Source: Calcarisporiella thermophila CBS 279.70
Taxonomy: Eukaryota; Fungi; Calcarisporiellomycota
Reading direction: 5' to 3'
Length of the DNA: 64,000 nt
Assembly: GCF_041956535.1 (NCBI RefSeq)
Contig: NW_027192195.1
Span: 1,199,347 to 1,263,346 of the forward strand
In this document: positions 34,843 through 47,979 of the stretch, one piece after another
Layout of the letters: each line of letters opens with the position of its first letter
How positions within the stretch are numbered: position 1 is the stretch's first letter
Notes under the pieces: generated by a model
Seen by the model: only the letters and a program-made list of their open reading frames with translations
Told to the model about the DNA's origin: nothing
Databases searched by the model: none
Made by a program: the position numbers and the translations under genes

Positions 34843-36877
34843 ATGATTATGTCATCGCGATTTTGCGCGATACTCGCGCTTTTCCTCGCTTTAGCTTTAG
34901 TAGTGCGGTGTGACGAGCATTCCCATACGGTTTGTCCATGTTAGCCACTGAATCCCATCGGTACCCTATTTGCTTAAACGATCTATTTTAGTATCTGCCA
35001 GGGGAGGAGGTGGTTATCTGGGTCAATACGGTCGGTCCCTATAGTAATCGCCAAGAGAGATACAAGTATTCCCAACTCCCTTACTGCTCAGGCGATGCTG
35101 CCGTGCAGCATCACCACGAGACCCTCGGAGAGTCTCTCATTGGTATGGAGCTTACTAGCTCTGGTATGGATGTGAAATTCAAGCAGGACAAGGATAATGC
35201 AGTGCTATGCCGTGCGAAACTGTCTAGCCAGGATATCCATTTATTCCGCTTCGCAATAGAAAACTATTACTGGTATCAGATGTACCTGGATGATCTTCCT
35301 ATATGGGGTACGTGCAAGTCCATTTCGTAAATGGAATCCATTTGTGAATTAATTTAGTTAATGGCACTATTTATTGACAGGTTTTGTTGGGGAGCATGAT
35401 AAAGTTAGGGATGAACGCTATCTTTATACTCATCGCAATTTCGATATCGGCTACAATGATGACAAGGCAAGTTGATCGGACCGGGAAATGGGCGGTAGTG
35501 AACAGCAATCCATTCATACTTCTTTACTTTATCTAGATCATTGAGGTTAATTTGACAAGCGGCAAGCCGGTGCTCCTGCAGCTTAATGACCAGCCGGTCG
35601 ATGTCGAATTTACGTATACCGTGCGTTGGGTGCAGTCGGACAAGAAGTTCGAGGATCGCTTCGAAAAGTATTTGGATTCTGATTTCTTCGAGCATAAGGT
35701 ATATGGTGTATTCTTTCGGGATGCCACGGCTACCCTAGTTCATTGCTCACCATTTCCATTTGCTTAGATTCATTGGTTCTCCATCTTCAACTCGTTTATG
35801 ATGGTGCTATTCTTGACCGGATTGGTGAGCGTGATTTTATTGCGGACTCTTCGACGTGATTACGCACGCTACGATAAAGAAGAAGGCCTAGGAGATTTGG
35901 ATCACGATCTTGTCGACGATTATGGATGGAAACAGGTGCACGGCGATGTTTTCCGCGCTCCCCCTCGCCTCATGCTCTTCTCTGCGATATACGGCACCGG
36001 CCATCAGCTGACCATTCTTGCTTTTGCCGTCATCTTATACACGATCTTGGGAGACCTATACTTGGAGCGTGCCACCATTCTCACTGCCACCATTTTCCTG
36101 TACGCGTTGACATCCGCATTTGCCGGATATACAAGCGCAAGCACCTATGCCCGTTATGGTGGTCGCGACTGGATCCGCAATGTGCTCCTGACGGCCAGCC
36201 TGTGGCCAGGTGTGGTCACCGTGCTGTGTGGCTATGTGAACACGGTGGCCTTCTATTACAATAGCACTCGCGCAGTGCATTACACCGCCATTCTTGCCAT
36301 GATTGCGATCTGGCTCTTCCTCGTGTTTCCCCTGACGCTGTTGGGCGCCATCATTGGCCGGAACTGGAACGGACAGCCGGACTTCCCGTGCCGAGTCAAC
36401 CCGATCCCACGCCCCATTCCGGACAAGCCGTGGTACGCGGAGCCCCTGATGGTGATCGCGGCGGGCGGCATCCTTCCGTTTGGCTCCATTTTCATCGAGA
36501 TGTACTTCATCTTCTCCTCCTTCTGGGAGTACAAAATCTACTACGTGTACGGGTTCATGCTGCTGGTGTATATGATGTTGCTGGTGGTCTCCGCGTGTGT
36601 CACGATTGTCAGCGTCTACTTCCTGCTGAATGCAGAAGACCATAGGTGGCACTGGATGAGTCTGTTGACGTGTGGATCGGCGGCCATCTATGTGTACCTG
36701 TATTCCGTTTACTACTTCTTCAACAAGACCACCATGAACGGGATGTTCCAGACCAGCTTCTACTTCGGGAATACGGCCGTCGTGTGCTTTGCTCTTTTCG
36801 AGGTGCTGGGGTATGTAGGTCACACTGCGGCCAACTTGTTCGTAAGAAAAATCTATAAGGATGTAAAGTTAGATTAA
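34843..36877 (+). CDS. TM9SF3: Transmembrane 9 superfamily protein, TM9SF3-like, multi-exon
   Basis: Signal peptide, DEHSHT|Y, VNTVGPYSNRQE, IHWFSIFNS, YGWKQVHGDVFR, GGILPFGSIFIE, C-terminal VKLD. Confidence 0.92.
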
Positions 36878-37168
36878 AAAAGAATAACTCTTGTGTATGT
36901 TTCTATTTTTTCCTCCCCTCTATTATCTATCATTGTTGATTATTATTATTCCGTTTCCTATTGCAATTGCAGAGAAAATATTGTGCTTTTTTCTTTATTT
37001 CTCATATTCCTCTGTTTCTTTTTTGTTTCCACTTTGACATACTAAAGAATCCATCGGGGCAACTTGGGATGCCTCCAAGTGTCTAAATGCATGATTGTGA
37101 CGTTATTGATGACGCAACGCTGGTTTAAATGGATTGCCACCGTGCTCTCGTAGAATCCAGAGAGAATC

Positions 37169-37928
37169 ATGTCCAATAATCCACCACCTCCGTCAAGGAG
37201 GCTCTCACGTCGCCCATCCCTTCCTCTCATTGGCGCACGTTCCGTCAGTGGGCCGATGCCTTCTGTACGGCAACGCACGATTTCCGCTACGTCGGCACGA
37301 TCGCTCGACTTTACCAATGTGAATCGAGGGGGATATTACCCGGCCCAATCGGCGTCGATGTTGACAGCAAACACGGGTGGGACGATTCAGGAAGGAAATA
37401 CCGATAAAGAGGCGATGGAGGGACTGGCCAGAGAAACGTTTGAGCGTGTCAACAATTATATTCAAGCAGAAATCTTAGGTTGACATTATTGGTGTTTTCT
37501 TTTTTTGCTTGACATGAAAACTCTAACAGATTTGGCATGCTTTAGCGGCCGGCGAAGACTATAAGCTATTGGAGACGATGAACTTAGTGACACGGGATAG
37601 GTATTCCGCGATGAGGGAGCAGGCCCTGCATATTACCAAGGAGATGAATCGCGTCGGCTCCAACTGTGGGTGGATGAACTTTTTCACTGTGAATAAGAAC
37701 TAATAGACCCTCCTTTGAATCCCCTAGTTGAGCAAATGCGGGCCTATATCCAGCAGATAGACGAGGTGTGTAAACAGGTTGACTATCTAGAGGCGGTTGC
37801 CATTGAGCTAGACGACTACACGAAATATCTGGGTAGGTCGATTTGTGTGGTTCGCAGCTACTAGGAGGAACACTGACCCTACCGCCCTGCAAATAGAGAG
37901 CAAGCTGAAGCTGCTGGTCTCCAAATAG
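37169..37928 (+). CDS. BLOC1S2: BLOC-1 subunit 2 (BLOS2), 4 exons
   Basis: EDYKLLETMN..RYSAM, YIQQIDEV..QVDYLEAVAIELDDYTKYLESKLK. Confidence 0.85.
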
Positions 37929-38289
37929 TCATCCTGGCATTTGTAATATAGAAATGCTAATAATATATTGTATCAATGTATATGTTCTCAAACAAAAGAA
38001 ACGGGACGACGGCTTCCACTTTCCTCGCTACCACCCCCTCCCCCCAATTGTGAGAAAAATATAAGAGGCTATGAAACAAAGAAGCGGGAGGAGAGGGTTA
38101 CCATGGAAGAGGGGAGAGAGAAAGAGAGCGCGCGAGAGAGACGACGTAGAAAGAAGGAGAAGGAAGAAAGTGAAATGAAGGAAAAATTACAAAAGAATAT
38201 TACAAAGGCATAAACAGATAAACATAGTAATGCTACAAACTAATGATGACCTAACGAAAAATGTATATCTCATCGTCCCATTTCTACAG

Positions 38290-39057
38290 CTACACTTTTC
38301 CAACAGTCTTGGCACCTTCTACCTTGCGCGGCCCACAGTTGACCGGCTGTTTACTGTTGGTTGCATTTAGAATTGATTTTTCCTCATTGCCCAGATGGAT
38401 CTCCATCGAGAGATGGCTCTTGTTTCCCTCTGTGCCGTGATGCGTCAGGGCGCCGCTGGAGGGAAGGGGGGATGAGAGCTGCCGCTGCAAGGGTGGCGCA
38501 ACGGGATGGCGCGAGTTGTACACAAATTGGTCAAGCCATGGCTTGGTTGGGCTAAGCACAGGGGAGATTTGGGGGCTGCAGTGGTGGTGTTGGGGATCGT
38601 ACACGGCGGCGGGGAAAACTTGCTTGACATGTCGTAGCAGTGCGGAGGGATGCTGGTGCGGGCCGTGCTCCGCCTGCGGTGGTTGCTGCTGTTCCGACTG
38701 CTGTTGCGGAGGAAGATTAAGCAAGGGTGGGGTGATGGGGGTGAGGCCATCCGGCAAATGGTTTTGTGGTTGGTGGGGGGTGATCACCGGCGACGAGGAG
38801 TTGGAGGAGCTGGAGTGATCATCGCGATGCCATGCATGAAGAAGGCCATGCACGACATTGCGGATGCCGGACTCTTCCGGGTGGGGATTTCTAGAGGGTG
38901 ACAGCTGCGCTTTTGGAGCGTCTGTGGCTGTGGGGGACGAGGTGACGGAGGAATCTATGGGGCTTGGGGAATGGCCAGGCGAGGGCGAGCGCGACTTCTT
39001 CTCGTGGCGCTGGCGGAGCGAGTAGCACTCATTGTGCACGCCAAAGATAGTCTCCAT
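38290..39057 (-). CDS. Hypothetical His/Pro/Ser/Gln-rich disordered protein, 255 aa
   Basis: ATG-initiated ORF with AT- and purine-biased 3' flank and GC-rich upstream region; no recognisable domain. Confidence 0.55.
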   Translation of the reverse strand: METIFGVHNECYSLRQRHEKKSRSPSPGHSPSPIDSSVTSSPTATDAPKAQLSPSRNPHPEESGIRNVVHGLLHAWHRDDHSSSSNSSSPVITPHQPQNHLPDGLTPITPPLLNLPPQQQSEQQQPPQAEHGPHQHPSALLRHVKQVFPAAVYDPQHHHCSPQISPVLSPTKPWLDQFVYNSRHPVAPPLQRQLSSPLPSSGALTHHGTEGNKSHLSMEIHLGNEEKSILNATNSKQPVNCGPRKVEGAKTVGKV

Positions 39058-40399
39058 TTGTCATCAATGGGGGGATGGCGGAGGATTTTTGTTCAATTGA
39101 CCTTTAAGGTGTGTGGAGCGTGCGACTTATCTAAAAAAATTCACATTTCAGCGTGACTACGCAAAGGCCCAATCCACAGTTTTGTCAGCAGGGGGCAAAC
39201 CGCTTGCCTGCAGCAAAAGGGAAAAAAGTAAAACCCGAAAGAAACCGAGAGCTTGTGCTGGCGAGCCTTTCCGTTTTTCCCGCGGCCCCGCCTCCCTCGC
39301 GCTCCTCTTCAGCTGCCCGCTTCTCCCAAAGGGCAAAGGCGTGCGGAGAAGTTCTAGAAGAGAAGGATACTCCCTCTTTAGGAAGCAGGCCCTCAGGACT
39401 CCGATAGCTGCGGCGTCGGCTGATCTTTCGGGAGCCCACCTCTGCGGATGCGGCTGTGGCGGGCGCGAGCAAGGCTAAAAGACGCAGCGCAGGTTGCTTA
39501 GTGTGCTGACCGTCCTGAATGAGCAGAGCAGAAAGAGCGCAGCAAATGGGGAAGGTATTTCCCCATCGCCGTTTGGCAGCTTGCTCCGCTCGATATGTTG
39601 GTGGGTGGCGTTTTGAGATCTTGGGGATGGCAGCCGAATTGAATAGGCCAGCTTACAAAGTCGGGCCATTTCGGTTTGCCAAACTAAGCAGCTTGAGATA
39701 AGTCAAGATCCCCCCCGCCCAAGGCTTGCTTTTTCCCGAAGCACTTTCACGCTCCGGTTTTCACCACAGGACCACCCTAGTATGAAAAAGGAATGTGCAA
39801 GGCAAGCTTGTTCTTCAACAATTATCTCCTTCAAATCATTTATTATTTCTCTAAGACCGCGGCCAGTAAACCGAATATGTCGTGAGATCCTAAAGATCTT
39901 AAGCCTTATAGCACTCTGCTCGTGCATCTGGAGAAACTGACGGTTGAGGCTACAGAGCAGTCGGCGATGGCCAATCTCCCTTTGCCCAAGAGATTCGGCC
40001 GAGCAATGTAAACAGGCTAGCTGCAGCCATATTCGTGTGCTAGAAAACAACATCGGTTCTGAGCCTAACTAGCTGCAAGAGGTTTGAGAATGTTCAATGG
40101 AAAAGAGATTTATGAAGCCCTCATCGCATTGTGCCCGACAGCAATTAGTAAAGTATTGGCAGAGTCATTATGCCACCTATATGAATTTTGTGTTAAAGAT
40201 ATTACCACTTTTGCTATCGAACCCAATGCTGCCGCTATCTGATGCCCGTGAAATCTGACCCATTGATTCTCCAGTTTCCAAATTCTCCAAGTCTAATCAA
40301 AATCGGAACCACGCAATATCAAAATTAAAATGCGCCCCGTCATTAATGTAAAAAAGTGAAATTTTATCTACACTTCGTGTTTACGCGACTTTTTATACC

Positions 40400-42324
40400 A
40401 TGACCACTACTTCGCTTAGATTAAGGACTTCCACACGTAGGCGTATCAACTACAATGAACAGTCTGATGACGAGAACATCAAACATCGAGATACCAAGTG
40501 CCTCTCTAATGACGAGCTTTCATCCGAGAATGAGCTCTGCATGACTCCCTCGAGGCGCGCTAAAAGATCGGAAAAGAATGCTACACCGCGTCCCACTACT
40601 AGCAAACGACAGAATCCCGCTTCGTCTACAGGGAAAAAAAGAACAAGGAAGCGTAGTAATAGCGATGGATCGGATTATTCCTCGGATGCCAATTCGGAGA
40701 GTGACCGAGATTTTGAGCCGGTAAAGAAAACTCCAACAAGATCGCGAGTTTTACGAACACCTTCAAGAAAGGGATTGCTTACCACTCCTCGAACCATACG
40801 GTATAAGAATTTGTGTTTCATTTTCAATTCAGTAAGGCGATTTTAATTTCATTTATTTCCACTTAGAACCAAGTCCATCCCTCTGACCCCGTTAGCCCAC
40901 CGACACACCCCTTCAAAAGCTCCTTCCACGCCATATGAACATGCCCGTCAGCGTTTACATGTCGCTGCTGTTCCCGATTCGCTTCCTTGTCGTGAGAATG
41001 AATTCACCGAGGTTTTAAGTTATCTAGAGGGGGCCATTCTTGAGGGAACGGGCTCATGTATCTACATATCTGGGGTCCCCGGAACCGGCAAAACCGCAAC
41101 CGTGCATGAAGTAATAAGGACTCTGCATTCAAAACTAGAGAAGGGGGTAAATAGCCACGGTGATTGCATTGGATATCTTGGGCCATCTATATTCACTTAT
41201 TTTGTATTTCCTCTGGTGTACAGGAGTTGCCCCCTTTCAAGTTTGTCGAAATCAACGGGATGCGGATCACGGAACCCTCGCACGCATACGTTGTGCTATG
41301 GGAGGCGCTTTCGGGCGTTCGTGTCACTGCTAATCACGCCCTCCAGCTGCTGGAATCCCAGTTTGCCCACCCCTCTAAGCAGAGAGGAAAGCTTCGCGAA
41401 CTGTGTGTAGTGTTGATGGATGAGTTGGACCTGCTGGTAACAAAGAAGCAAACAGTCATGTATAACTTCTTCGAGTGGCCAAATAAACTGGGGTCACGCT
41501 TGATTGTGATCGCTGTGGCCAACACCATGGACTTGCCGGAGAGGATGTTAACAAATAAGATATCGAGCAGATTAGGTAATCCATCGGCTGCATCCCGTCC
41601 CTCTCGTATCTTGGGTGTCTTACTCTTCAGGTTGCTTTATTTTTTGGCAGGTTTGACGCGAATCAATTTCCAACCCTACACCTACCAGCAGCTCACTCGC
41701 ATTGTCGAGTCTCGCCTACAAGGCATCAATACGTTTGAGAGTGATGCCGTTGAGTTTGCTGCGCGAAAGGTAAGCGCGGTCTCGGGAGACGCTCGACGAG
41801 CGCTCGACATTTGCAGGTATGGGCGTCACCCCTAGTAGAGCTAGTTCGTTTATTCTGATGTGCTGAGTTTGGATATCTTCCCTTGTGATAGACGGGCAGT
41901 GGAAATGGTGGAGGATGCGACCATGGCCTCCCCCGGTGGTGAGCCCAAGCAAGTGACTATAGCCGAGATTGACCGGGCGATCAAGGAGATGTTTGCTACC
42001 CCCGCAGTTGCCTTTATCCGTAACGCTTCATTGCACCAAAAGCTCTTTCTTGTGTCCACGCTGCATCGCATACGCCGACGCGGAATAGGCGAGGCGGAGT
42101 TTGCCGAGGTGTGCGAGACGCACTTGCAACACTGCCGTCTTAACAATTTGGAGCCCCCGGGGATTTCAGAGCTGGCGGCCATTTGCGCGGGGTTGGGGGC
42201 CGCACGCTGTTTGCTGGTGGAGGCAGGAAGGCTCGACCTGTGCTTGCGGATACGGCTGAATGTTGCTGAAGAGGATGTGGTGATGGCATTAAAGAAAGAT
42301 ACCTTTTTCAAGAAAATGGTGTAA
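40400..42324 (+). CDS. ORC1: Origin recognition complex subunit 1, multi-exon
   Basis: LHVAAVPDSLPCRENEF, YISGVPGTGKT, VEINGM, LMDELD, ANTMDLPER, SGDARRALDICRRA, winged-helix C-terminus. Confidence 0.93.
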
Positions 42325-42703
42325 ATAAGGAGTGATCGTGTTGTTATGGTCTCAGAAAGATGTATGCTTCGCATTTTTTAGTGTTCAACTTGTTTTTTTG
42401 TGTAAAATATAAATACTGCGAGAAGAGAGCCGATATTATGTAGAGAAAGGAAAGAAAAATAAGGGGGGTGCCTTCCTTTAGTAGACAGAGAACAAGACCC
42501 GAAACAAAAGAGTGACTTATTTCGCATATCAAACTGAAACATCCAACCCTATATCCCAGAGTTTGGAAGAGGAAAACAACAACAACAAAAAAAAATAAAG
42601 GAGCGGTGAAAGCTCGTCCAAAGTGGATCGTGGATTGATTTCAAATAGCGGAAAAAGAAAGGTTTGTTTTTTATTGAATTAATTAAAATGACATTGGGTT
42701 GAA

Positions 42704-45700
42704 TTACCAGATGGGCACGCCGGCTTGGATTTCCTTTGGCTTCCGGTTCTCTCCAAGCAACGCCTTGCTCAGAAGAGTGAACTGTTCTTGCAGATGCTGT
42801 TTCTTGTTGCCTGTGGCGACGGATGAAGAGGGTTTGCGACCAGCATAGAGCGGCTCATGCTGACCCTTGTGGTGTTCGGTGTGACGCAGGGTGGTTGCAA
42901 GACGCGGATGTACGTGGCCCCATCCGCCAGCATTCAGCGGCTCCTCCTGGCACCAAATCAACTCGGCATTCGGGTAGACGTCCAAGTGCTGGCGGATCTT
43001 CTCGAATGGGAAGGGATTCAGCTGCTCGACGCGGGAGATGGCCACATCGTTGAGCCCGTTTTCGTCACGGGCCTTCAACAGGTTGTAGTATACCTGGCCA
43101 GTGCAGAGGATGTGGCGGCGGATCTTGCTTGGGGAGACGAGGTGGTCCGGGTGTGACTCTGGAATGTAGGTGGCGAAGCGGGTATCGCCTTGCATTTCCG
43201 CGAGGGAGGACCGTGCTAGTGGGTGGCGGAGAAGTGATTTGCTGAAGAAGAGGATGAGAGGCTTGCGGAATTCGCGGTGGATCTGGCGACGCAGAACGTG
43301 GAAATAGTTTGCGGGGGTGGAGGGGTACACGATTTGCATGTTGCAGTCTTGGTGTTGGCGAGCGATCTGCTCGGGGGTGGGGTAGCGGTAAGGATGCTCG
43401 TCGCACATCTGCAGGAAGCGCTCAATACGTCCCGAGGAGTGCTCGGGGCCTTGGCCGTCGTATCCGTGGGGAAGGGACATGACAAGGCCAGTACGCTGGA
43501 GCCATTTCTTCTCTCCCGAGGCAATGAACTGGTCGATGATGCACTGTGCGTTGTTTGCGAAGTCTCCGAATTGTGCCTCCCACATCGTAAGCGAGTTGGG
43601 GTTGACCAGCGAGTAACCCAATTCGAAGCCAAGGACGCCGAATTCGGAGAGGGAGGAGTTAGAGACGGTGAATGCTGCCTGGTTGTGGCCGAGGCTGTTC
43701 AAAGGAACGTGCTGTGCCTCTGTCTTTTGGTCGTGGAGAACGGCGTGGCGTTGAGAAAAGGTACCTCGTTCCACATCCTGGCCAGACAAGCGCACGTGCT
43801 TGCCTTCGAGAAGCAGAGTGCCAAAAGCCAGGGCTTCTGCGGTGGCCCAGTCGATGTTTTCGCCCTCATCAATGGTCTTCTTGCGCGCCTCGATGATACG
43901 TGCAAGCGAGCGGTGCACGTTGAAGCCCACGGGGGTGGAGCAGATCGCCTCGCCCACGGTCTTAAGACTCTCTGCGGTGGCTCCAGTGGGGTAGGTCTTC
44001 ACGGTCTCTTCGGCAAGCTCCTTGGGCGATTTGAATCCTAGAATACAAGTGTCAGTTGAGTATCAATGGTGTCGGAAGTTGAGTTTGTTGACGAGATAGG
44101 TTACCTGGCCATGAGCTAGACAGCCATTCCCGGCTGGTCGGCTTGTAATCTTTGCTTTTAGAATAGCTCTCCTCCAACAATTGCCAGACGCGCTTCTTGT
44201 TGGCTTCGATTTCTTCCTTGGTGAAGGTGCCCTCATTGAGGAGTTTTTCAATGTACTTCTCGAGGATCGGCTTCTGCTTGCGAATCGCCTCGTACATACG
44301 CGGCTGCGTAAAGCTGGGCTGATCGGTTTCATTGTGACCGTGCTTACGATAGCAAACCAAATCAATCACGCAGTCGCGGCGGAAGGTTTGGCGCCACTCT
44401 GCAGCCAGCTGGCAGACAAAAGTTACGGCCTCAACATCATCGCCATTGACGTGGAAGATAGGTGCACTGATAAACTTGGCGATATCCGTGCAGTAGGGGG
44501 TAGAGCGTGCAAATCGAGGATCGGTCGTAAAACCAATTTGATTGTTCACAACAATGTGGATAGTGCCTCCGGTCGTGTAAGCAGGAAGTTGCTGGAAGCC
44601 CATGGTCTCGTAGACGACGCCTTGAGCGGAGAATGCAGCATCACCGTGAAGCAACAGACCCATGGAGTGCAAGCGCTCCTTCTCGTCGTTCATGTAGAAC
44701 TGCTGTGCACGCGTCTTACCCAATACAACAGGATCGACGGCTTCTAAGTGAGAGGGGTTGGCGACGAGGGAGAGATGGACCTTTTTGCCGGATGGTGTAG
44801 GTCGCACGTAGTTCATGCCAAGATGGTATTTTACATCGCCCGACCCTTCCACTGAAGGTTCCATGGATCCGCTGAATTCACAAAAGATGGATTCGTTGGG
44901 TTTGCGAACAACATTACTAAGTACGTTCAAACGTCCACGATGCGGCATGCCCATAACAATGGATTCAATGCCCATATCGACCGAGCGGTCGATCTAAATT
45001 ATCATGGTCAATGAATAGGTTACACGATTGGCTGGTGATAGCATGGAATAAAACCTAAAACTTACCAAGGCCTTCATACCAGGGATGAGGGATTCCGCAC
45101 CCTCCAAACCGAAGCGCTTCTCACTGGGGTATTTTGTGGCAACAAAACGCTCAAAAGAGTCGGACCAGATTAGACGGTCAAGAATCATGCGTTTTTCCTC
45201 AATAGTGAAATTGTACGGCACGGGAATCTCAATCCGTGAACGGATCCAGTCGCATTGTTCGCGATCAGGGATATGGATATATTCAGTTCCGATGGAACCG
45301 CCTTGAAAAGTAAAAAGGTTAGACCCATTAGAAAAGCCAATGAGAGACGAATGCACTCACAATAAATTTTTCTAAGGTGATCTAAAATCTCGCGCAATGT
45401 CATAGTTTTTGCCACCTCCATGAAACCCGGAATAATGCCCGGGCCGAGGTTGAAGCTACGATCGAGATCCTTATCTGTGAAGCCATAGTGGGAGAGTTCA
45501 AGTTCAGGTGGAATGGTGGGATCGAGATCCGCTTCCATAAGGCCGAGGGGGTCAAGCTTGGCAATATGGTGGCCCCGAACCTGATAGGCGCGAACGAGGA
45601 GCTGGATCTTAAGATGATCGATGACATCAGACGATCCTGCCTGTGCTCCAGGAACCATCTGTACACCCGCGCTCTGGACAGGAACGATATTGGGGGGCGG

Positions 45701-46015
45701 TTGATAGGCTAGTTGTGGAGCTAGTCCAGCTTGCATATTCTTAAAATACACTTGCCACGAGAGATGAACCGATTCCGGATTCTTTAGCCAGGCAGCATAC
45801 ATCTCCTCAATGTAGTTCGCGGCATTTCCTTGCATAAACACGTCATTAGGAGCAGGACCTCCGTTAGCAGAGCGAGAAGAAGCATAGCCGCGGAGTTGGT
45901 TGACAGCAATGGCTGGCGTCAACATGCGAGTGCGGACATGCGCGCTCTGGAAAACAGATGCAGGAGTCCTGCTGCAATATTTTGCAGGATTCAGGCGAGA
46001 TATGGATCTAAGCAT
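42704..46015 (-). CDS. KGD1: 2-oxoglutarate dehydrogenase E1, mitochondrial, 4 exons
   Basis: Basic presequence, [50 protein letters not shown]. Confidence 0.97.
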
Positions 46016-46319
46016 GGCTAACAGTTGCGGTGGAGCAGAACAAATTACTAAAATGTCCTCTCTCTATCGACCATATATCGGTCTTGTATTTCAAAATAAG
46101 AAAAGAGTGTTAAATTACTAAAATTTAAACAGTCAACAATACAACACCAGGGGCTAGGATGACCAGTGTACCAATCGCTGGCCTGTGAAATGCGTGATTA
46201 TTTCTGACGACGTCATCCCTCGAAATCGATTGCTAGTTCGCGACAATTTTTATATGGTTTTTATCCTTTTTTTTCATCTAGTAAGTAATTAGTTTACAAC
46301 TTACAAACGTTATTCGATA

Positions 46320-47520
46320 ATGTCTGGAGTAAGTGCTCTTTCTTTTTTGTCATTTGAAGCCTTTCCTTGAGTTTGTATCTAATCCACAATGAATGAGGAT
46401 CGATGGATGAGAAAATGCACTGGGGATAATGTACATTTATATATTACCCCTGATTTGCTTCCATCCGTCTGCATGGAGAATAATCTGGCAATTCCCAGTT
46501 TAATCGAATAACTAACCTTTCTTTCTTTTATATTTCTATTTTTCTCTCTGAAAGGAACGTGAAAACCAGGTAGGGTTATGGGCCTTTTTGGCATATAGCC
46601 TTCCTTTAATTATATACTCACTGTACTCCCTCTCTGCAGGTCTACCTTGCCAAGATCGCCGAGCAAGCCGAGAGATACTCGGAGATGGTCACGTATATGA
46701 AGGAGGTTGCCAAGGTAATGCGATTTCTGGTCCATCGAATCTATTCGATTTTCTTTATTTCAATATTGCCTCTTGCTGATTAGCTCGGCGTGGACTTGTC
46801 TGTGGAGGAGCGCAATCTCCTTTCCGTTGCATTTAAGAATGTAATCGGCGCGCGCCGTGCTTCGTGGCGCATTATTTCCTCCATTGAGCAGAGGGAGGAA
46901 CATAAAGGCAACACGTCACACGTGGAGATGATCAAGGATTATCGCAAGCGGGTCGAGAAGGAGTTGAGTGATATCTGCAACGATATCCTCGAGGTTCTCG
47001 ATAAGAACCTGATTCCGGTCGCGGAAGCTGGGGAGTCCAAGGTGTTCTACTACAAGATGAAGGGTGATTATCATCGCTACCTCGCCGAATTCGCAACAAG
47101 TGATGAGCGGAAAGAGGCAGCAGCCAAGGCGAACGATGCTTACAAGCAAGCAACAGACATTGCGCAAACTGCTCTTCCTCCCACGCATCCAATCCGTCTT
47201 GGACTTGCTTTGAACTTCTCAGTCTTCTTCTATGAAATTCTCAACTCACCCGATCGCGCCTGCCATCTCGCAAAGCAGGCCTTTGACGATGCGATTGCCG
47301 AGCTTGACACTCTGAGCGAAGATTCCTACAAAGACTCCACGCTTATCATGCAGCTGTTGAGGGACAATCTCACATTGTGGACCTCCGACATACAGGGTAA
47401 AGTTGGCATTTTATAAACTACTCGGTCAATCGTTACTCATTAAATCCTTATACTACCTCTTTAGACACCGAGAAACCCTCAGAACAGACTGAGGATATGG
47501 AGGAAACCAAGCAGGAATAA
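46320..47520 (+). CDS. 14-3-3 protein (Bmh/Rad24 type), 5 coding exons
   Basis: MSG|ERENQ|[59 protein letters not shown]. Confidence 0.97.
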
Positions 47521-47979
47521 AAGAATAGTCTCTTCTATTTTCTCTTTATAGGTCTTTGGTTGTTAGTTAAAATCACTTATCGTTTTTAAGGATATTATAT
47601 TCTTTCATGATAAAGAATAAATTTATAAACATACGCCATATGCTCAATAGCGACAGTACATGTGTTTGGTAGCGTGGTTGGAAAAGAAAAAAAAGTGCTC
47701 GGCGATAGAGGAATTTTTTTTATTGGGGGCGGGGTGGAAGTTTATTATTTAGGAGGTGAAAATACAATGTATCTGTTCATTTACAAGGGTAGAGGGTGCC
47801 GAGCTGGGAAATATGCTTTATGCCGACGTGAAATATTTCAAGTACTGATCCATATGATCCATTGTAATCCCGAACCTGGAGATGACTTCCCGGAAACGGG
47901 TATAGTTACCCTGTTGCCCACCCAGCTGCGAGTTTAGAAGTGGGATGGCCGTTGATAATCTAAAACAAAGCAAGAGAGA

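Noticed and set aside
36056-36823. 255-aa antisense ORF over TM9SF3
   Set aside because: Shadow ORF expected from GC-rich third codon positions of the sense gene
39113-40053. Several 60-120 aa ORFs upstream of the orphan gene and ORC1
   Set aside because: Overlapping on both strands in GC-rich promoter-like DNA, mostly non-ATG starts, no domains
43277-44747. Long antisense ORFs over KGD1
   Set aside because: Codon-bias shadows of a highly conserved gene; no independent motifs
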